In this document: positions 26,688-32,000 of the stretch, piece by piece
Layout of the letters: every line of letters begins with the position of its first letter
How positions within the stretch are numbered: position 1 is the stretch's first letter
Source of the DNA: Nitrosomonas europaea
Lineage (GTDB): Bacteria > Pseudomonadota > Gammaproteobacteria > Burkholderiales > Nitrosomonadaceae
DNA: 32,000 bases
Direction: 5' to 3'
NCBI RefSeq assembly: GCF_900167395.1
Contig: NZ_FUWK01000029.1
Coordinates: 1-32,000 of the forward strand
Program-made: the position numbers and the translations under genes
The notes under the pieces: model-generated
Told to the model about the DNA's origin: nothing
What the model saw: only the letters and a program-made list of their open reading frames with translations
Databases searched by the model: none

Positions 26688-28073
26688 ATGAAGACAAAAT
26701 CGAATACCTCACTAGTATTGATTGCCGCAGTAGTATTGGCTTCTCTCTCTGTTACGGTGCAAGCCGGCAGAACTTTAGAAAAAAATATAAGTATCACTGT
26801 ACTGGATACGAGACAGTATCAGGTACCACCACACAAGCAGCAGGATGATCTATGGATGCGCGTACGAGCCGGATTTTCCCTGGCGAACATTCAAAGCCAG
26901 GAAGTACGGCAGCACGAAAGCAATTTCAGTAAAAATCAGCGATTCATAGATCATATTGTTGGACGTAGTCAGCGTTATCTGTTTTACATCATCGAAGAAG
27001 TGGAACGTCGGCGCATGCCGGCTGAGATTGCGCTGCTGCCGATCATCGAGAGCGAGTTTGATCCGGATGCTTACTCTCACAGGCATGCTGCGGGGTTGTG
27101 GCAGTTTGTTCCCTCGACGGCAAAAGCGTTCGGGCTGGAGCAGAACTGGTGGCATGACGAACGGCGCGATATCATCGCGGCTACCCAGGCTGCGCTGGAT
27201 TATCTGCAGATGCTCTACAAAATGTTTGGAAACTGGAAGCTGGCACTGGCTGCTTACAACTGGGGACAGGGATCACTGAAGAAAGTGATCGACGAAGGTC
27301 ATGGAGGTAATAAATCTGTCAACTACCAGGAAATCGGGCTTCCGGCTGAAACCAGAAACTATATTTCCAAGCTGATCGCCATCAGAAATATCATTGCCAA
27401 TCCTCGCCGCTATGGCATCAAGCTGAAGCCCATTTCAAACCGGCCTTATTTCGAACAGATCACGATCACCCAGCAGATCGATGTACAACTGGCCGCTCGG
27501 CTTGCCGGAATTTCAGAAAGCGAATTCAATGCGTTGAATCCGGCCTATCACAGACCCCTCATCAAGGCCGAAGATTCTCCACGGACACTGTTGCTGCCCG
27601 TTACCAAAGTCAAAACTTTCGTGGACAACCTCGAAAATTATGACAAGTCACTGGTGTCGTGGCGAATTTACCAGATTGAGCAAACGGAAACCTTGCGCGA
27701 CTTATCCAGCCGGTATCGTATCCCGGTTGCCCGGCTGGCTGAGATCAATGGCATTTCTGAACGTGCTACTCTGAAAAAAGGCCAGATATTGCTGGTGCCA
27801 CGTGACGGCAGCAGTGCAAGAGAAATGACCTATCTTGCACACTATCAGCTCAAACAACCGGCACGACCGGCTACGAGGCGCTCTCAATCATCGGAAGAAC
27901 GCATCGTTTATACCGTCAAAAAGGGTGATACGCTCCACGCTATCGCCAAACGCTACGGTATCGATATCAAAACGATCCGTTTATGGAACAAGGGAAGTGA
28001 TCAGCTTTCCATCGGGCAAAAGCTTACACTCAAGCTGACATCACCCGCCTTCAGCAGCCCTTATTCTTCCTGA
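26688..28073 (+). CDS. mltD: Membrane-bound lytic murein transglycosylase D-like protein (SLT domain + LysM repeats)
   Basis: Signal/lipoprotein-like N-terminus MKTKSNTSLVLIAAVVLASLSVTVQA. The SLT catalytic block is LLPIIESEFDPDAYSHRHAAGLWQFVPSTA ... AYNWGQG. Two C-terminal LysM motifs are present (YQIEQTETLRDLSSRYRIPVARLAEINGI and YTVKKGDTLHAIAKRYGIDIKTIRLWN). The start at 26688 was chosen because 26625 lies inside the nrdB terminator. Confidence 0.88.
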   Translation: MKTKSNTSLVLIAAVVLASLSVTVQAGRTLEKNISITVLDTRQYQVPPHKQQDDLWMRVRAGFSLANIQSQEVRQHESNFSKNQRFIDHIVGRSQRYLFYIIEEVERRRMPAEIALLPIIESEFDPDAYSHRHAAGLWQFVPSTAKAFGLEQNWWHDERRDIIAATQAALDYLQMLYKMFGNWKLALAAYNWGQGSLKKVIDEGHGGNKSVNYQEIGLPAETRNYISKLIAIRNIIANPRRYGIKLKPISNRPYFEQITITQQIDVQLAARLAGISESEFNALNPAYHRPLIKAEDSPRTLLLPVTKVKTFVDNLENYDKSLVSWRIYQIEQTETLRDLSSRYRIPVARLAEINGISERATLKKGQILLVPRDGSSAREMTYLAHYQLKQPARPATRRSQSSEERIVYTVKKGDTLHAIAKRYGIDIKTIRLWNKGSDQLSIGQKLTLKLTSPAFSSPYSS

Positions 28074-31000
28074 ACGATCAGCAGCATCTGGCCGGAAAAT
28101 ACATAATCACCCTGTCTGCAGCTGATCTGCTTCACGATCCCGCTGACCGGTGCACTCAGGGTGATTTCCATTTTCATGGATTCGATGATGATGACCGGAT
28201 CTCCGGCATTGACCAGTTGTCTGGTTTCGATCAGCAGTTTCCATACAGTACCGGTCACATCTGAACTGATGGCGTATGCTCCGTCGGGTAAATCAGGTGC
28301 ATTTTGCATACCGGGTTTATCAAGCACGCCTTCACCCTCATCGCTGATACTGTTTTCTTCCTGTACGTTCCCGATCTTCCAGCGCTCGCGTTCAGCCTCA
28401 AAAGCCTTTTGCTGACGGGTTTTGAATGCTTGAATACTGTCTGCATGCTGATGCAGGAATGCATGATAGTTGCGCAGACTGAAAACGGTATCTTCGGTAT
28501 GAAGTGTAAAACGCCCGGTGATAAAGTCGTGGCGTAACTCAAGCAGCTCCTGTTCAGAAACAGGGTAAAACCTGATCTGATCAAAAAAGCGCAGCAGCCA
28601 GGGTTTACCGGCGGTAAAGTCCCGAGTCTGACGGTAACGATTCCACATCTGCACTGTTCTTCCGACAAACTGATATCCTCCGGGACCTTCCATACCATAA
28701 ATACAGAGATAGGCTCCTCCTATTCCGACTGCATTTTCGGGTGTCCAGGTGCGTGCCGGGTTGTATTTGGTGGTGACCAGCCGATGGCGCGGATCGATCG
28801 GCGTGGCCACCGGGGCGCCCAGGTAGACATCTCCCAGCCCCATGACCAGATAGCTGGCATCGAAAATGATACGTTTGACCTCATCGATACTGTCCAGTCC
28901 GTTGATACGCCGGATGAATTCGATGTTGCTCGGGCACCAGGGTGCATCCGGCCGGACTGACTGCATATATTTTTCGATGGCAAGTTTTGTGGCAGCGTCA
29001 TCCCAGGAAAGGGGTAAATGCACGATACGCGAAGGCATTTCCATATCGTCGCTTGCCGGTAAATCCTTCTCGGCGGTAATGAGTTTATTCAGGAGATGGT
29101 CACGATCCAGAAGCCGCGAATCGAAATGTATCTGCAAAGAGCGAATGCCCGGTGTCATGTCGAGAATTCCGGGCAGATCGCCTTTTTCAACACAGTGCTG
29201 CAGCCAGGCCATCAGGGCATGTGCGCGAAAATGCAGTGCGATATCGAGTACCGCTTCGCCATACTCGATCAGCAGATATTTATCCCCGGATTGTCGGTAA
29301 ACCACTTGTACCTGCCCGTTATTTGCCGGAATCCGATGCAGTACAGGATCACTCGGCTCAACCAGGGAAGCAGGAATATCGGGTGGTACGCGAGTGAAGG
29401 AATCCAGCTGCTGGATCATCTTGTCCTGTTGCTTTTCCAGCTTCAGCGCCTGTTCCGCTGTGAGCGGGTGAAAACGCACGCTATCACCAGGTTTGAGCTG
29501 ACCGGTTTTCCATAATTCCGCCTGTACGATCACAGCAGGACAGACAAATCCTCCCAGGCTGGGGCCATCCGGGCCAAGGATGATGGGCATATCACCGGTA
29601 AAATCGATCGCACCGACCGCATAGGGATTGTCATGGATGTTGGAGGGGTGCAGGCCGGCTTCACCTCCGTCTTTGCGTGCCCATTGTGGTTTGGGGCCGA
29701 TCAGGCGTATACCGGTACGGCTGGAATTGTGATGCACCTTCCAGTCGGTGGTAAAGAATTCATCGATGTCAGCCCCGGTAAAGAAATCCGGTGCACCATG
29801 CGGACCATACAGGACTCCGATTTCCCACCGGCTGGTGTAGTGGGGAATGTTTTCGGAGGGCAATATGCTTGGCTCAGTATCTTCTGCTGGCAGGATATGC
29901 AGCACATCCCCGGTGCACAGCGCCCGTCCGGCATGCCCGCCGAACTGCCCCAGTGTAAAAGTGGAGCGGCTGCCCAAATAATCCGGTACCTGAATCCCAC
30001 CCTTGATGGCCAGGCAGGATCGGCTGCCAAACTGACGGATTTTACCGAATCGTAACAGCGAACCTGCTTTGATGAAGTGAGATCGCCACTGTTCCAGGGG
30101 GGCACCATCCAGCCAGACATCAATGGGTGCTCCACATACTGCAATCAGACTGTTGCAGTTGAATCTCAACGTTGGCCCGGCCAGCGTGATTTCCAATCCC
30201 GCCGAGTCATCGGGGTTTCCAACCAGATGATTGGCCAGACGAAAAGCCAGACTGTCCATCGGACCGGATGGAGGTACTCCTACGTTCCAATAGCCTGTTC
30301 TGCCCGGGTAATCTTGCACTGTCGTCTGTACACCGGCGTTGAGTACATCCAGGGTATGCGGTTGGTAGTGAAACCCGGAAAGGAATTGGGTGCTGACCTG
30401 CCCGCTGCGGAATACCGTTCCGGATAATACCTGCCTGAGATAATCCAGATTGGTTTCAATGCCGTAGAGCGTGGTTTTGTCTAATGCGGCGATCAAACGG
30501 TCGATGGCCTGATCACGATTGCTGGCGTGAACGATGATCTTAGCGAGCATTGGGTCATAGAAGGCCGATACTTCACAACCCGCGTCCACCCAGGTTTCAA
30601 TCCGTGCAGTTTCCGGAAATTCGACAGCGCTCAGCAAACCACTGGCCGGCTGAAAATTCTTGGCTGGATTTTCCGCATACACACGAGCCTGTATGGAAGC
30701 TCCCTGCAGTTGAATGGTAAATGATTCCAGTGGCGGTAAAGCATCGGCACCCAGCAGCACCATCCATTCGACCAGATCAATGCCGGTCACCATCTCGGTG
30801 ACGCCATGTTCCACCTGCAGGCGGGTATTGACTTCCAGAAAATAAAACCGATCGACCGAGGGGTCGTAGACATATTCCACTGTGCCGGCAGATCGGTATT
30901 GAACTGATTCTCCCAGGCGTATGGCTGTTTCCTGTAACGCGTTACGGGTTGCTGGCGACAGACCCGGTGCTGGTGTTTCCTCGATCACTTTCTGGTTGCG

Positions 31001-31696
31001 CCGCTGCATGGAACAATCACGTTCTTCTAATGCAATCACTTTTCCACGGCCGTCGCCGAAAATCTGTACTTCGATATGGCGAGCCTGGTCGATGTATTTT
31101 TCCAGGAACAAGCCGGCATTACTGAAATTACTTTGTGCCAGGTTTTTGACAGACTCATAGGCATCAATCAGCTCTTGCCGGTTGCGGCACAAGCGCATAC
31201 CGATCCCCCCCCCTCCTGCCGTACTTTTGAGCATGACTGGGTAACCGATCCGGTGTGCTTCCTCGCAGGCGGTTTCGAGGTGTTCCAATAATCCGGTACC
31301 CGGCAGCATCGGCGCGTCGAGTTGCTGTGCGAGCGCACGGGCAGTATGTTTCAGACCGAAAGTGCGTATCTGTTCAGGAGTGGGGCCCAGAAAACAAATC
31401 CCTTCTGCGGCACATTGCTCGGCAAATGAAGCATTTTCACTGAGGAATCCGTACCCCGGGTGGATTGCCTGAGCACCGGTGCGGTGTGCAACTTCCAGTA
31501 TTTTATCGGCACGCAAATAACTTTCGCTGGCAAGTCCATCGCCGATACAAATACTGTCATCAGCATCCAGCACATGCCGTGATAGCGCGTCAGCTTTCGT
31601 AAAAACAGCCACACTCCCGATGCCCATCCGATGCAAAGTACGGATAACACGGCAGGCAATGGCGCCCCGATTGGCGATCAGAACTTTTGTAAACAT
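28061..31696 (-). CDS. Urea carboxylase-family biotin enzyme, probably a guanidine carboxylase given the riboswitch
   Basis: It has an N-terminal biotin carboxylase/ATP-grasp domain (MFTKVLIANRGAIACRVIRT..., GGGGIGMRL), central KipA/KipI-like (allophanate hydrolase subunit 2/1) domains, and a C-terminal biotinyl domain with IIIESMKMEI. The 1211 aa length is typical. Confidence 0.9.
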   Translation of the reverse strand: MFTKVLIANRGAIACRVIRTLHRMGIGSVAVFTKADALSRHVLDADDSICIGDGLASESYLRADKILEVAHRTGAQAIHPGYGFLSENASFAEQCAAEGICFLGPTPEQIRTFGLKHTARALAQQLDAPMLPGTGLLEHLETACEEAHRIGYPVMLKSTAGGGGIGMRLCRNRQELIDAYESVKNLAQSNFSNAGLFLEKYIDQARHIEVQIFGDGRGKVIALEERDCSMQRRNQKVIEETPAPGLSPATRNALQETAIRLGESVQYRSAGTVEYVYDPSVDRFYFLEVNTRLQVEHGVTEMVTGIDLVEWMVLLGADALPPLESFTIQLQGASIQARVYAENPAKNFQPASGLLSAVEFPETARIETWVDAGCEVSAFYDPMLAKIIVHASNRDQAIDRLIAALDKTTLYGIETNLDYLRQVLSGTVFRSGQVSTQFLSGFHYQPHTLDVLNAGVQTTVQDYPGRTGYWNVGVPPSGPMDSLAFRLANHLVGNPDDSAGLEITLAGPTLRFNCNSLIAVCGAPIDVWLDGAPLEQWRSHFIKAGSLLRFGKIRQFGSRSCLAIKGGIQVPDYLGSRSTFTLGQFGGHAGRALCTGDVLHILPAEDTEPSILPSENIPHYTSRWEIGVLYGPHGAPDFFTGADIDEFFTTDWKVHHNSSRTGIRLIGPKPQWARKDGGEAGLHPSNIHDNPYAVGAIDFTGDMPIILGPDGPSLGGFVCPAVIVQAELWKTGQLKPGDSVRFHPLTAEQALKLEKQQDKMIQQLDSFTRVPPDIPASLVEPSDPVLHRIPANNGQVQVVYRQSGDKYLLIEYGEAVLDIALHFRAHALMAWLQHCVEKGDLPGILDMTPGIRSLQIHFDSRLLDRDHLLNKLITAEKDLPASDDMEMPSRIVHLPLSWDDAATKLAIEKYMQSVRPDAPWCPSNIEFIRRINGLDSIDEVKRIIFDASYLVMGLGDVYLGAPVATPIDPRHRLVTTKYNPARTWTPENAVGIGGAYLCIYGMEGPGGYQFVGRTVQMWNRYRQTRDFTAGKPWLLRFFDQIRFYPVSEQELLELRHDFITGRFTLHTEDTVFSLRNYHAFLHQHADSIQAFKTRQQKAFEAERERWKIGNVQEENSISDEGEGVLDKPGMQNAPDLPDGAYAISSDVTGTVWKLLIETRQLVNAGDPVIIIESMKMEITLSAPVSGIVKQISCRQGDYVFSGQMLLIVQEE

Positions 31697-31955
31697 AAAT
31701 TCCCCTTACTGTGCTACCTGATCAAGCAGGCCATATTGTGATACATGCTGACTGTGCCAGCGGAAACGAATACAGATTTTTTAAAGTCGATGGAAAATAC
31801 AGATCTTCGCTTCCCGTAGAGGGTGGGCCGTGGGCGGGGAATACAGGAAACGTGGTGTAAAGCCGGAGATAGAAGCAGGTAAGCAGATAGTACATATAAC
31901 GAATCTCCAGGAGTCAGGAAATGACAGAAATCAATAATGCATTGGCATTATGTAA

Positions 31956-32000
31956 CCTCCCGGGCTTTTATCCCTCCGTGGAGCTTCGTATGACGAAGCC
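31956..32000 (-). promoter_or_regulatory. Guanidine-I (ykkC) riboswitch aptamer, 3' half only (the 5' half lies beyond the window end)
   Basis: The minus-strand RNA reads GGCUUCGUCAUACGAAGCUCCACGGAGGGAUAAAAGCCCGGGAGG. It has a 7 bp hairpin followed by ACGGAGGGAUAAAAGCCCGGGAG, which matches the remembered invariant ykkC segment ACGGCGGGAUAAAAGCCCGGGAGA. It lies upstream of a urea carboxylase-family gene, the classic genomic context. Confidence 0.72.

Noticed and set aside
28161-31659. Internal ORFs on both strands within the carboxylase gene
   Set aside because: Same reasoning: the 1211 aa frame has unambiguous biotin-carboxylase, KipA/KipI and biotinyl motifs.
31719-31895. 58 aa ORF (MYYLLTCFYLRLYTTFPVFP...) in the carboxylase leader
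   Set aside because: It has no Shine-Dalgarno and an odd aromatic-rich composition. It lies in a region more plausibly acting as structured leader RNA.
1-32000. tRNA, rRNA and CRISPR repeats
   Set aside because: I saw no T-arm consensus (GGTTCGAATCC-type), no rRNA-like conserved blocks, and no regularly spaced short direct repeats.

Overview
This is a 32 kb chromosomal segment from a Gram-negative proteobacterium. The gene content reminds me of a betaproteobacterial ammonia oxidiser such as Nitrosomonas, but that is an impression and was not tested.

Layout, left to right:
- 1-297: right end of an IS element carrying the C-terminus of a DDE transposase. It abuts a 70 bp duplicate of the 3' tail of a nearby CsbD-like gene.
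- 480-2043: AT-rich block of small secreted and stress-type genes on the minus strand.
- 2683-6835: opgG-opgH osmoregulated periplasmic glucan operon (minus strand). It looks unusually enterobacterial.
- 7227-8312: an EcsC-like gene and a frameshifted VOC/glyoxalase-fold gene.
- 8397-14030: iron-uptake module made of a Fur-box candidate, fecI, fecR, a TonB-dependent transducer, a PepSY membrane protein and a small membrane protein.
- 14040-15830: decayed mosaic with a frameshifted Phd/YefM antitoxin, an intact vapBC module bracketed by ~78 bp direct repeats, and a ~290 bp relic of a second PepSY gene.
- 16065-18668: five promoterless, same-strand ORFs separated by integron-type attC sites, with no integrase gene in the window (a CALIN-like cassette array). 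One cassette gene is interrupted at a G9 tract.
- 18802-22235: frameshifted three-domain lplT-plsC-aas fusion gene (minus strand).
- 22366-26641: nrdAB with a perfect NrdR-box palindrome and a terminator.
- 26688-28073: mltD-like lytic transglycosylase.
- 28061-31696: 1211 aa urea/guanidine carboxylase (minus strand). The 3' half of a guanidine-I (ykkC) riboswitch lies in its leader, cut by the window edge.

I saw no rRNA, tRNA or CRISPR array. The two most interesting items are the integrase-less cassette array and the riboswitch-controlled solitary carboxylase.
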